Origin: the human T2T-CHM13v2.0 reference genome, Homo sapiens
NCBI RefSeq assembly: GCF_009914755.1
Contig: NC_060925.1
Strand: one strand, 5' to 3'
DNA length: 64,000 bases
The notes under the pieces were generated by a model, which was not told where the DNA came from, made no database searches, and was given only the letters and a program-made list of their open reading frames with translations. Within the stretch, counting starts at the first letter, position 1. Each line of letters opens with the position of its first letter. The position numbers were made by a program, and so were the translations under genes. Below, one piece after another: positions 1 through 14,457 of the stretch.

Positions 1-1169
1 CTAAACATTTTGGAACAGGATAGCAAGCTGAGGATAAATTACCTTGGGGAGTAGCAGGAGGCTTTGCCGCATGGGGGCTGAGGATGAGGAGCCCTCAGGA
101 AGAAAGGGGATCAACACTGGTGGAGAGACCAGGGGAACAAAAGCACTCATATGAGCTGCCACAGAGTTGCTTTATGAAGGGGCAGTGTGGATGGAAGTCT
201 TCTTTGGCATAGGAACTGGAGGGGAGCTGCTCTCTTTTCACATCCCCACTCACAGATACTACCTCAATCTTAGAGGAACATGCAGAGACCTTCTCAGCTG
301 TGGCACGAAGTAGGCCAGACAGCAAAGACCACAGCAGAGTTAGGAGGAATTATTTCTAAAAGAGCAGTAAGTTTCTGGCACTTTTCTCATACAGTGACCC
401 AAGTTACATGTGAGCTTTGAAGAGCAACAGAAAGGCAAAGGCTCTGCAGTTAACTCTAAATTCCAGGCACAAAGAATTAGCATTCTGGCACATACCTGTG
501 TGATACACAGCAAAATGTATGCTCCACCAAGTCGATAGGGTTGCAGGGGGAAAGATCGTCATTTTCCTTGGCTACAACTAGCAAAGAACTTGACAATTTT
601 TTTTCTAATGAGTTGAGTTGAAAATCAGCATCAGAAACATGCTGCATGTTACTTGTACATTGTATGTTCATGTTTAAGTTAACTATTTTGCAGACTGCAT
701 TTAGTTATTCTACTATGCAAACTCATGTCTTCACTATTTCTGTTGTTTTTAGATGTCCTAAGTTAAATTCTTTCAGGTATAATTTTTACAAATTTGTAAG
801 TCAGAGAGACCCAACTGATGATCGTAGTAAAACTACCGAGTTAGAATGGAAAAAATAAGTAATTTAAGCCCTCTACAGGCTGCGATCTTTCCAGTCTATG
901 CATGCCAGCACATCACATATGTGATTCCCTTAGATGGATCCCCAACTTGTAAGAAAATGTTTTCTTCTGTAAGTAAATACCACTCTTTCCTTCACCTCAT
1001 CCTTCCTCCAGAGCCATGTTACTGTTAGGAAATTAGATTTACTGAAACAAAGCAAGGTCTGCCAGAATCATTTAAAATAACACAATTCCCTGTACATTCT
1101 TTCCAATGCAGTAAGACATGAAACTGAAACAAGAGGCATAGCTACTAAACAGGAGGAGAAAAGCAATAT

Positions 1170-1900
1170 ATTGTAGTAGATAACAAGATAGCTTACCTTA
1201 AAATTGAAAGGAATCAACTAAAAAGCTCCTAGAATCAATAGGCAAATTCAAGAAACTGGCCAAACCCAAAATAATTATTCAAAACTCTATTAACTTTTTA
1301 ATCTATCAGTGACAATCAATTTGAATATATAGTGGGAGATCTATGTGACAAATAGGCCTATGACATCCATCAAATCTAGAGAAAAAAGCTAAAGAAACAA
1401 GATGCTGAGAGATGCAAAAGAAAACCAGAAAAAATGAAGAAATTTTAGAGCAATTACAATTCAAATTTTAAAGCATTTTTTTTGCATTTTTTTCAAAAAG
1501 AAAAAAATAATTTACATTTTTTACAGTGTAATAAAAAAAGATCTGCCTGACTGGATATTACAAATACTGTAGTAAAAACATACAATAATTTTGAAAATTT
1601 AAAATAGGCAAAAGTACAGACAAACTGAACAAATAAAATATGTCTGAAGAGTATGCCCTAAGACATATAAAAACTTAATATAAGCTAAAGGATACATCCC
1701 ATGCAACAGAAGAGGGAGTCATTCAACAAATAATGTTAGGAAAAACGGTTACATGGAAAATATAACATTACAGCAAAATAAATTCTATATGGATTAAAGA
1801 GTTACATGTAAATATTTAATAATAATAAATGAAATAATAAATGAACTGACATTTTAGGTGACTAGTTTATATCTGGTGAGTGAGAAGGACTTTCTTAACC
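1170..1900 (+). mobile_element. Old L1 (L1M) ORF2/3' fragment in intron 4
   Basis: A-rich with L1-like phrases (CAACTAAAAAGCTCCTAGAA; AAAATAAATTCTATATGGATTAAAGA). Confidence 0.65.
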
Positions 1901-1929
1901 AAAAAGCAACTTAAATCTGACTCTCTCAG

Positions 1930-2010
1930 ATTTAAAAGTACTACAGAGGAGGGGAAAATTTAAAAAGTACTATAGAGGAGGGGGAAAAAGTACTATAGAG
2001 GATGGAAAAA
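1930..2010 (+). repeat. Local triplication of AAAAGTACTA(C/T)AGAGGA(G/T)GG
   Basis: Three adjacent near-identical units, directly visible. Confidence 0.9.
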
Positions 2011-2237
2011 TAACAAAATTTATTAATAATTAAAATTGTTATTGTCTTTTTTGCCCACCAGATGGGGCCTCTTACTCCCTAAACAGAAAGCTCAGTATTA
2101 AAGGCAGGCTGACCAAGCTAAACTCCCCGGACCCCTACTCAAATCCAGTGCAATCCAAGAAGGTTTAAGGGTGTTCAGAAGGGATGGAGGAAAGGGACAG
2201 GGGCGGGAGGAAGAGGTTGGGTGGGGGGTTGACTTAC

Positions 2238-2318
2238 ACAGCTGGAGGTCTTATTTTGCTCCAGGCAGATGCCCTGAGTCAATTTCACTTCTCTGATGCC
2301 TGAACATTTGATTTCTGC
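2238..2318 (-). CDS. CD34: CD34 exon 4 (81 nt; [27 protein letters not shown], Cys-rich globular domain)
   Basis: Acceptor TTTTAATACAG| and donor TGT|GTAAGT, phase 0-0. I see no further CD34 exon in 1-2237, so downstream exons lie left of the window. Confidence 0.96.
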
Positions 2319-2776
2319 CTGTATTAAAACAAAAACAATAACAAAAACAAAGTAAATAAGCCAGTATCTTTGCTCCTCATTTCTTTCCCAACTTTTTCCA
2401 GTTTGCTTTCTGTGAGGTGCTCTCTTAGGAGGTTTTAAGGAAAAGGACATTTAAAATTTGTCAGGGGACTAGAGATTTCTAATAGTCATACTCTCGTCTA
2501 TTTCATATCTATCCTCATCAGATGACAAAACTTTTGTTACTAGCCTGGGCTTACTGGCAAGCAGCTATTTGCAACCTTGGTAAACACTGGCTTGGATGGT
2601 GCAGGACTGGGAGAGGGGAGGATCTTTTCCCATTTGGGTTGTTTTCTCTCCAGTCAATCACAAACTTGCAGGAAGGCCATATAGGCAAACAGGGATAATG
2701 GGGTGGACCAGCAGATGCTGGGGTACCTGTTTTTTCTCCTGGCCTCCAGGACTCTCCAAATTCCCATTTTGGCTCT

Positions 2777-3103
<327 letters not shown>

Positions 3104-3721
3104 TAAAAACAGAAAGCAGAAAGATCCCTCGGGCATATCTCATGACTGAGGCCCTCATATTTTCTGTCCTGCATGCTGAAAGCTGTTGACAGTCATAGGC
3201 CCTAAGGCTGAGAAGGCCAGGCTGAGCTCACCATCCCTGGTCTGCCCAGTTCCTGCCATTGCCAATGCCCCCCTTTACTGCCTCTCTGTGCCTGGCACAA
3301 CCACCAAACCCTCTCATGTAGAGGAAATGTTATTTGTCCTAACCATTGTGGGAGAAGCAGCCCCAGCAAATAAGCAATAGTTGCCAAATATTCCCAAAGG
3401 GAAATGGTGTCCTGGTCAAAGCCCCACTGATAGGTACTAGAAAGAACCAGAGGATTGGATGGATCTCTGAGAATCCCGTTTACTCTCTATTCCCTAAAAT
3501 GCAATACCCAAAGCCTGGATGGGCCTTACCACCTAACTCTACCCCTTTCCTCCTCTTTCTACTTCTCCCAGCAATATTTAAACTGTGTATTTCCGTGCTG
3601 ATTCCCACATGACCCAAATCCCACTGGCAGGGATGAGGAGAGGGGTGGAGGGAAAGAAACAGCTTGCCTGCATACATATGAAGTGAGGGGCAATCTGCCA
3701 TTTTTGGCCCAATTCACCCAC

Positions 3722-3975
3722 CTTGATGTCACTTAGGATAGGAGAAGATGATGTATAGGGTTTAGTGGGAGATGTTGCAAGGCTAGTGCTAGTGGTTGAA
3801 AGGTCTGAAACATTTCCAGGTGACAGGCTAGGCTTCAAGGTTGTCTCTGGAGTTGAAACGTTGGCTGGGGTGGTGAACACTGTGCTGATTACAGAGGTCT
3901 GTGACTGGACAGAAGAGTTTGTGTTTCCATAAACTGAGGTTATCACAGAGGTAGATGTGAATTTGACTGTCGTTT
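3722..3975 (-). CDS. CD34: CD34 exon 3 (254 nt; mucin domain [10 protein letters not shown]...ILSDIK)
   Basis: Acceptor TCTCTTCCAG| and donor AAG|GTGGGT, within ORF 3578..4030. Cumulative CDS is 516 nt = 172 codons. Confidence 0.97.
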
Positions 3976-4569
3976 CTGGAAGAGACCAAAACATGGGTGT
4001 GCATGTGTGCATGTGCTCATAGATACACAAAATCTCAGGTCATGATATGGGCATGCACTTCAACACAGAAAAGGGAGTTTGGGGAGTTAACAGTTACTTC
4101 ATGTCCCATCCCTGACCAAACTCATTTCAAGCTGTTGGAACCAGAGCTAGAATCTAGAATGTATTAGAGGTGTCCTGAAACTGAAATAGATGCTGGTCTA
4201 CCTTAGAGAAGCCAAAGACCCCCAGTTTGGACCTGTACCCACCTTCTTTCCTTTAGAAGAGATCGGAGATCTCTATTGAGTCTTCTGATCCTTATTTTAT
4301 CACTAAGCTAGACTCAGCATGAGAGAAGGGGTATGGAGGCATTACTGATCAGGATCAGCTCCCAAGACATGGGCCTGAGAAAACTGTCACTGAAGGAAGA
4401 ATTATCTAGAACTTACTTCAGGGCACCCTAAGCATGATACTCAAGTCATTAATACTAGGGACTTGTATAATTTCCTCTGTGGAGAGGGGAGCGGTCTGAA
4501 AACATCCTAAATGCTTTACCCAAGCATCACCAGCATCTCTCCGGGATCTGACACAAATGCTGTTTTTAC

Positions 4570-4752
4570 CTGTGATGTTTGTTGTGGCCTCATTGCCATG
4601 TTGAGACACAGGGTGCAGGCTGGTACTTCCAAGGGTACTAGGTGTTGTAGTTTCTTGGTAGGATACATTTGTAGAAACATTTGAAAATGTTCCCTGGGTA
4701 GGTAACTCTGGGGTAGCAGTACCGTTGTTGTCAAGACTCATGAACCCAGAAG
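4570..4752 (-). CDS. CD34: CD34 exon 2 (183 nt; end of signal peptide and mucin domain, [11 protein letters not shown]...TTNIT)
   Basis: Acceptor CCCTATAG| and donor CAG|GTAAAA. Peptide lies in ORF 4418..4741 and is Ser/Thr-rich with sequons NGT, NVS, NVS, NIT. Phase 1-1 joins exon 1 in frame (C+CT=Pro). Confidence 0.97.
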
Positions 4753-5745
4753 CTATAGGGAAACGAGGAGGAAGAATCAGAACCTAAAGATATCAGCCTG
4801 GTGATATCACCTGATGCAATTTCCTGACTTCAGGTAGAATTCGTCTAGAACATTCCCTGCTGCCCCTTGTTGGCAGCAACAAGAACATACTCCTGGACAG
4901 TGGATTAATTTCCCACTACCAAATTTGCCCTGAGGACATAGGGAAGGAAAGATTTATATGCATACAAATGTCTCATACAGTATTATTTATAGGAGGGAAA
5001 CGTGAACAACTAAATGAATTATGATAGGATAAGTGATATATGCACTTAATATACCATAATCATTATATAATCATATAAACAAACATTAGAAAGAAAAAAA
5101 TTATAAAAACTGTAGCAACGTGGAACTATGAGGTGATGTTCATAGTATGTTTAGTTACATACTAAAATATAAAATTACACCTGCATAAATATTGCAAAGA
5201 TCTAATGTGTGCAAAAGGTCATGCTTCTTTTTTCTTTTCACTGTATCCTCTTTTTTGGTCACTCTCCATCCAGTATACTAACTCTTGGAATAATCACTAG
5301 ACTCACTGTCTCTATGCGATCCCCTTAAAAATCTATACTTCTCAGACTTCCCATTCCCATACTCCCCTCATCCTTTTGCTCATGGCCTTCAAACCCATTC
5401 GCCTTTCCTTTTCTTCTTTTAGCATGCTCTGACCTAGGAATTCAGCTAATGAACCAGGGAACACAAGGTCTGGTTTCTCATCAATGTAGTGGGAAGGTAG
5501 ACAAGCTTTGTTCTGGCTCTTCCAATAACTAACCATGTAATTTAATGCATGTATGTATCTCAGCTCTCTTACCTCTTAAGTAAGGGTCTTTTCTGGCTAC
5601 CTTACATGGATTGCTGGGATAAACAATGAGATAACAAATGCTAAGTTATTATAGTATTATAGTATAATGTTTTGGATCTCATTTTTCTCTGAAGATCTTC
5701 ATGAGTGTCTTTGCACATCTCTTCTGTATATCCTGGGATACATAC

Positions 5746-5920
5746 TTTTTTTTTTTTTTTTTTTAAGACAGGGTCTTGCTCTGTCATCACAGCACCCAGG
5801 CTAGAATGCAGTGGTGAGATCATAGCTCACTGTAACCTTAAGCTCCTGGCCTCAAGTGATCCTCCTGTCTTGGCCTCCCAAAGCTCTGGGATTACAGATG
5901 TTACTCACCATTCCCAGTCA
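5746..5920 (-). mobile_element. Monomeric Alu (FAM/FLAM-like)
   Basis: Poly-T followed by a single diverged Alu arm. Confidence 0.8.
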
Positions 5921-6219
5921 GTATCCTCATTAGACACAGGAAGGAGAAGCTTCTTGACTGAACCCTATGCCTCAAAGAGCCCACACCCTGTCCTGCTTCC
6001 TGTGAGGACCAATCAGGATGTACCCTCTCTTCTAGGTCATACTGTGGGGACCAGAAGTCCTAGCACTTCTTGATCAAATGGCACTTTGCTCACATCCACG
6101 ATGGGCCGCTTCTCCCAGTCCATCCTGCTAAGGGGAACTGCAGCACAAGGGTGTACACCCCCAAGGCCCAGTGGTGGCCAAATGATGACTGCTTGCAGGG
6201 AGAAGAGTTAGTGCTTAGT

Positions 6220-6560
6220 GCTTAAGCCTGTGGGTGGGGTGTCCCAGGCACACATGCAATTGCCTTGCAATGTGAGCCAGAGTCATGGGTAGAAAGTAGA
6301 TGAAGGGAAGTGGGCTGGGGCCAGGAGCCATCTCTTCCTGCTAAGCTGCACTGTGGCAGTGAATTCCAAGAATCTGAGCATCCCAAATTGAAACTTGGCC
6401 TTCCAGGTGATCACGAAGATATGTTTGTCAAGGTAAGAGGATAGAAGATATTTTATTAGTTAGTTGGCCTGACTTACAACCTTGAAATGTTTAGAAATAT
6501 AGTATGTAGGCCTCTGTTGTACTCTTGCCTTGGGCCTTGTAAATGTTAAGGGTGAACTTG
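6220..6560 (-). mobile_element. MER102-like hAT-Charlie element
   Basis: TTCCAGGTGATCACGAAG...GTACTCTTGCCTTGGGCCTTGTAAATGTTA resembles reverse MER102. Confidence 0.55.
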
Positions 6561-9500
6561 GTATCCAGAGTTCATAAAGGCAGTTGCATCTTCAAGGAAG
6601 AGCCTCTGAGGGTCCCAGGCCACCCTAAAGCTTGTCTCTAAATTTTCCTGATTGGGATCTAGATCTGTACTTTTCAGCGATTTCCAGGTAAACAGCAAGG
6701 TAGAATGACATCTCTTGTTTCCCTCAGGATCAAGAGGGAAGTTAGACTTTTGGCTTCACGGCCATCAACCTGGGGCCAAGAACGGTTTCCCTAAAGGTGA
6801 TGACAAGGGTTTCACTCTCTCATATCTGCTTCCTTCCACAACCTGCTGCAAGCAGATTGCTATTAATGGTGACTGCAGCAATCGTGTCTTACTGTTATGT
6901 GTCAGGTAAGCAGTGGGGAGAAGGAATATCACTATCTCTGTCTTAGAGATGAAGAGCCTGAATCACCAAGGTGCTGCCCAAAAGGAAGGCCATAGTTCAT
7001 GAAGGGAAGCAGCAATGGAACACTGACGTTTAGCTGACTCTTGAGTAGATGCAACAAGGAGGTTAGGCTGGGTCTAAACTGCCAAAAAATCGGAATTTAT
7101 TCCCCACATCTCTGTAGAGAAAAGGATGGGCTCCCATCTGGCTTAAACAGGAGGTGGGTTGATCAAAATAAATTGATGCAGAAGCCAATCCAGGCTTCTT
7201 TCCTGTTTAGATGGGACCCTCTCACCACTCTGACTTTAAGGTCAGATTCATCTGAATTCATCCAAGGGGGCAGTATTCAGACACTGAATTAAAGGATCAC
7301 CTTCTCAAGACACCATTCCAAGACTCCTCTTCTTGCCTGCTCTCTTCCTCTTCGCCCCCAGCATACTGATTACTGGGGACCCCATCTGGTCCACCCTGGC
7401 CCAGCCCTTTTCTCTCTCCAGAGGAAGCTGGGCCTGACTGAGATGATGTCATGCTTTTGAATCCCCTCCCCCGAAGGGCCTCCTTCACCTAGACAAACAC
7501 TTTTGAACTTTTCCAGATGTGGAGTGAGACCTGCTGCTAGTTCTGAGGACAGAGGTGCCTGTTCCAGAAGAGCAAAGCAACTCTGGACCCAAGCCAGCTA
7601 CTGACCCACTGGGGCCAGGCTCGCAGCTGCAGCAGCCCCTCCACCCACCACCAGGCCGAGCGCTGTGGAATGAGTAGCAGGATCCACCTGCAAATAAGAA
7701 AGGGACCCCAACTTCAGAGTCAGGGCTCTGACCCCAGGGTGAGCAGAGCACCCTCTGAGACACCAGGGGGACAGGACAAGTGGGAGGGCAGAAAGACCAA
7801 ACTGAGTGACTGGAAATGCCTGAGCTGGTGCAGAGCAAGGGGACACCTTAGCCAGGGGCCTGGAGCCAATCCTGGCATAAACACTGCGGCACAGCAGGGA
7901 GAGTGCATCTTTTAGGTTCACAGTCTCTAGAGCCCTGGAGGAATGACATTTATGAGAGTCAAGACTGACCACAGATCTCTTTTTATCCTGTCTTCCCACA
8001 CACATCCATGGCATTAAACCATCAAACACTGACCTTTCTTTATCTGACCTTCTGACTCCCAACTCTGTAGGGGAGTAGCAGGAGCCTACCAGTCAGTGAG
8101 AGCTTGTCACATCCTAAGAGACAATTGATGAAACCTCCACTCTTTTTCATTCTAGATGGGAGGAACGGTCCCTACCCACAAGGCTACAAGAATTATAGTA
8201 CAATTTAAAGTTGAATAAAAAGCTCTCTTCTGTTGTTTACTTCTCAGTCCATCCTTATTACCTGTGTTTCCCTAGGGACTCCATTTGACCCTTAGTTACT
8301 CTAGTTGATCTCAACTTATGAACTGGGAGCAAGGGAGGAGACAAGGTCTCAAGAAATTAGTAAAATGAGGATTCTAAGAGATGTCACAAAATTCATGTAG
8401 TAAAAGTCATGCACTGAACTTTCAGGTACTTCTTCAGAGTCAATTATTCTTGTTTTACACATAATTCTAATAACCCTGGTTATCTGATATCCTAGCTAAA
8501 GTTGAAACGTAGGAAGAGCCTATTAGAAGCAAATAATAAGGAGAAGCAACAGCTGAAAACTAAGAAACAGAAATAAATGAAAAGCAGACATAAGTATGAA
8601 AACTCACACCAGTTTTCTTGAATCATTTATGGTAGGAGTGAATAGGTTAGATATCTATACCTTAATAAGCATTAATGATGTCACTGAGTTGCAACATAGC
8701 CACGACATGTTCATGATACATCTGAGTCATAAAGTCCTTTTCGGGGGGGTATTCTAAGAAAGCAAAGACATGTGCAATACATTTTGAAAATATTTCTACC
8801 TGCCACTAGTAAATTGAAGACTCTTTTGTTCTTTAAAGTGAGTTTGCAAATCCTCAGCGATCCAGAAAGCTCTGCTACCAAAATAACTAAATCCCCATAT
8901 TTTAAGAGACTGAGTTTTCCTATACTTGGTCTTGCTTTTCACAGCCCTCCTTAGTTTTTTCCTGGTGCTGTTTCCTGATCTCCTAGCCTGCCAGTCTTAT
9001 TTTGCCCATGCTTTCATATTCTAGCACCTGGATCAAGAGGAGTATCTTGAAGGAGTTCCTGGGAATCTTAGTCCATAGAGTTACAGAACTAGGATGAAGG
9101 GACATGCCAGCCTCTGCCAGGAAGTAGGCCGTTGGGAGCCACAGACTGTATCACCAGGAAGGCGGTATAGCCCAGAGACAAAGAGCTCAGGCTCTGCAGC
9201 CAGACAGGCCACATTCAAAGGCTTCTTTACCATGTTTTAGCTGTGGTTTGGGAAGTTACTTCAACTCTGTAAACCTCACCTGTAAAACAGAGATAAAAGT
9301 AGTCCCTATGTCTTAGCTGTTTTGAGGAACAAAGGAGCTAAGAAGTAGAAGCAGTTATCTTGTCTGGTAAAAGTTCAAGAAATAGTGGATATCTTTTGTT
9401 TTAGGCCCCTTCCTTCTGCTTCTCAGTGGGCATGAGATACTTATTTCTGTGACTCATCTGCCACAAAATCATATATGCTGCTTCCTCAGGATAGGTCTAA

Positions 9501-9796
9501 CTGTCACCTCAGTAAGAATATAAACTTCTAAAGTGCTGGAGCCATTCTTATTCTTATGTGTTTTACTCCTGGTGCTTAGCACAATCCTTGGAGTTTAGGA
9601 AAAGCAATAGGATTGGAGGACAACTGTGGCAGGTGTGTTCCTGCCAGCTACCTCTAGTCATGGCAGTCTTGTTCTCATGTTATATTTTAAGGGGGAATTA
9701 ATTAAATTGGGGAGTGTTCATGTGAAGATAACCAGGATTAGGAGAGTTCTAGAAACCAAGTCATATTGTTGAGGGTCTAGTGTTATTTCATCTAGA

Positions 9797-10313
<517 letters not shown>

Positions 10314-10377
10314 ATATGGAAAAGAAGAATTTGGGGAGGAAAAATAAATAACTTTCTTTAAGATGCATGTTATTTAC

Positions 10378-10730
10378 ACTGGTTGAGCACCCCTAATCTG
10401 AAAATCAGAAATTCTAAAATACTCCAAAATACGAAACTTTTTGAGTGCCAACATGATGCCGCAAGTGGAAGATTCCACACCTGACCTCATGTGACAGGTC
10501 ACAGTCAAAACACAGTCAACACTTTGTTTCATCCACAAGTTTATTAAAAATATTGTCTAAAATTATCTTCAGGCTATGTATATAAGGTATACAGGAAACA
10601 CAAATTCATGCTTAGACTTGGGTCCTATTGCTGAGACATCTCATTATGTTTACACAGATATTCCAAAATCTGAAAAAATCTGAAATTTGAAACACTTCTG
10701 GTCCTAAGCATTTTGGATAAGGGATACATT
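10378..10730. mobile_element. Tigger4b/MER46-type element
   Basis: GGTTGAGCACCCCTAATCTGAAAATC...CATTTTGGATAAGGGATAC. Confidence 0.8.
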
Positions 10731-11299
10731 CATTCTGTGTATTCATTCTCATTTTTCTGCAGTGCCAGTGATGTGCAAAGGATCTCGCTCAGTGCTGTGG
10801 AGAGTACAAAATGAGAGCTGGATCTCTTTCCTCCATTAGGTGTTAGTGTCATTGTCATTTAAATCAATCCCTCAAGGAGTTTGTAATCTAGTGGGGCCCA
10901 CTAGAAACATCTTCAGGTATTGTCATGAAGGACCAGATTAAATCTGTACCAGCCCAAAGAATAGAATTAGAACTAATGATTAGAAGTTATGGGAAGGCCA
11001 ATTTCACTGCAATCCAAGGAAAAAGTGTAAAATGATGTAGCTATTTATAAGAATGAAATGAGCCACTTTGGGAGATAAGTGATCCATCCATGCTTCCTGC
11101 AAACACTCAGGAGGCATCCATGTTAGGGGGCTGTCCAACTCTGAGGCCTACCATGAATTTCAGTCATCCTAGACTAGAACAAGGGACTGAGCAGATGCCT
11201 TCTTAAGCTTCAAAGGCTAAGCTAAGGTGTGAGTATATATAAACCAAGGGTCTGTGGCCTGAGGGTTCCCAGTGTACCGAGATTTCTGTTTTATATTCA

Positions 11300-11650
<351 letters not shown>

Positions 11651-14056
11651 TTACTGTGGAACCCTAATTATTTTGAAGATTCTCTGGGCACCTACATTTC
11701 TCCCTGTCACCTCTTCCTCCATTTTACCAGCACCACAGACTCCTGGGTTGTGGCTCCATGGCTCAATGGCTCCCTGTCCGCACTAGTATACCACTTCACC
11801 GTAAGTTAGCCAAGGTAAAGTAAGTTACTTTACCCTCCCCAGAGAGCCACTAACACAAGGCTAGTGTGTGTAGCCAGTATTTACTGAAAGGTTGAGGGCA
11901 TGGAACGAGATTACAGGGCAGCCCAGGGGAGACAATGGCATAACCCTGAAATATTAGACATTACTGTGCTAATGAAGCCATGTATTAAAAAAAAATTTCC
12001 TCCCAGGTCTTTTCCATCCTCCACCCACCACTGTCCTGCTATGACTCCAGGCACCTCTCCACCCTTTATATGCTCTTCCTGGGCTCTGGAGTCCTATCAG
12101 CCTTGTGTCTCTTGTGCCCACCTAAACACAAGGCTTCACTTCATTTTATCATGCTCAGCAATTCAGCCTCCTGCCTACCTTTGCTCATCCAGGATTGTCT
12201 GGGGTTCTAGGCTTTGTCACTCAAAGACCTCTTAAGACATTTTCTTAAATCAGCTGCCTAGGGATGCCACTCCTCTCTAAGAAGTATCAGTTTGATTTCA
12301 TTTTTCCAAATAAAGAAGAAGCCTACTTCCCAATTAAGCCCAAAGGCCTTTTCCGTTGCATCTGAAGGGAAGTAACTCATTCCGACGGACTCCAAGAGCA
12401 CAGGTACTAAGAAGTACACCTTTATATGCATCCCTATTTGTTTGTCTCTCCATCTTTCCAACATGCACGCATCTTTCTCCTTAGCACAACGTCCAGCTCT
12501 GGGACTAAAAGTCATAGATAATATGTTTTCATTTATTAGCTAAGGAGGGAAGAGAATGTTCTCATTAGAGAAGTCCAAGCCCACAAAAATATGGAATTCT
12601 CACAGCCCTGGCGACTGTGAGAATTTTCTTCTGGAGGGTGGTGTTGTGTTCTTTTTCCATACCTTCTTATTTTTAATTCTCCACACTGCAAGCCATTTAG
12701 TTAGATCAACCAAAGTCAATGAGAGAGGGAGGCCCAAGTACCTGAGAGTGGAGTTGGGTAACCATCCAGCCCTGAAAGTAAACCCAGGCCCTCCAGCTCA
12801 GGGTCTAAAGGAAATCAGGCAATGAGACCAACGGTAAGAAGTGGAATTTGTTCCTCATTTTCATTTGTTTTCGTAGGACTCTGCAGCTGAGTTTATCTGC
12901 TGCAGTTTGGCACTTCTTGCCCTAAGCTTTTTGAGACAAAGATTGCGAAGGAAGGAGATGAGGACAAGGGAATGAGGAGGCCCAGGAGGTGGAGCCAAAG
13001 GGATAAGAAAAAGAGGCCCCAGGCCCCTGTGTGTTTTATCAGCCGAACAGAAATGCTGCTGAAGACATGCATCTGCAAAGGTGGTGCCAACTGGGTTGGG
13101 TCTACAAGTGCGGAGCACTGGGGACCACTGAATTAGTCAGAGGTCCCCAAGCCTGCTCCTCCTCTGTCGCCATATGGCAGAGATTCAAAGGGTGGAGTCC
13201 TCTCCCCTCTGGAAAATAGCTGATAAAATTCTTTTCCCTTTTATTTTTCCCCTCTTACATGTAGCCCTGGACAGGATATGGGTGTGGGGTCAGCAGGCAC
13301 GAAGGACCCAAAGGAAGAAGAGGAATGTGACGGGGAGGGCCTGGGGGTGTTGTTAGAGTGAGGATAGGGACAGGCCTTGGAAAGCTTGGAGGAAATAGAT
13401 ACCCTGAGCCTGACAAAGGGGTTCCCTAATTACCTGAAAGGCTTCCTGCTCCAGCCAGCACTCTGGCAGTGCTGCCTGGTGGCCCTTGAGCCCCTTACCC
13501 TGACTCTGCTCTGTGATCTCCCCCACTTCCAACAAAGACAGCCCACTTCTGGTTAGTTGCAGTGCCTATGCACATGCCACCTTCTCAAAGGGACAGAAAA
13601 AAAGAACTTCCCAAAACAAGCTCTTTGTTGGGGTAAATGATGAGAAAACAAACCACAGAAATCCCCTCTACCCTAAATTTTACAATAATAATAGCATTTC
13701 TGCAATGGCCCTATGGTAGCATTTCAAGGTACACTCAGTTATCTCATTTATCCCACAATGTATCCCAGGACTGAAAATGACTCCTAGTATTAACAAAACA
13801 AAACAAATCCAAGCAAAAACCCTAGAAAGCTCTTGGGAAGGGCATAAAACTACAATTGGCTCAAGTAGTCTGGCAAGGCTGGGAATGGGGCCTTGTGCCT
13901 CATCCCTCCCCACCAAAAGCTGGGATATTCTCAGCATATCAGTCCAAAGTTTTGCCAAGGTTGTGTTGCTCCCCCAACCCCAACCTCGGCAGGCCAAGGC
14001 GAGACTGGCACTTACCAGCTGAGGAAATAAGAAAAGGGTGGACCTCATTCGGCTGA

Positions 14057-14457
<401 letters not shown>

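Noticed and set aside
3578-4741. ORFs 3578..4030 and 4418..4741 as standalone genes
   Set aside because: They are CD34 exons 3 and 2 plus intronic read-through; canonical splice sites define the real boundaries.
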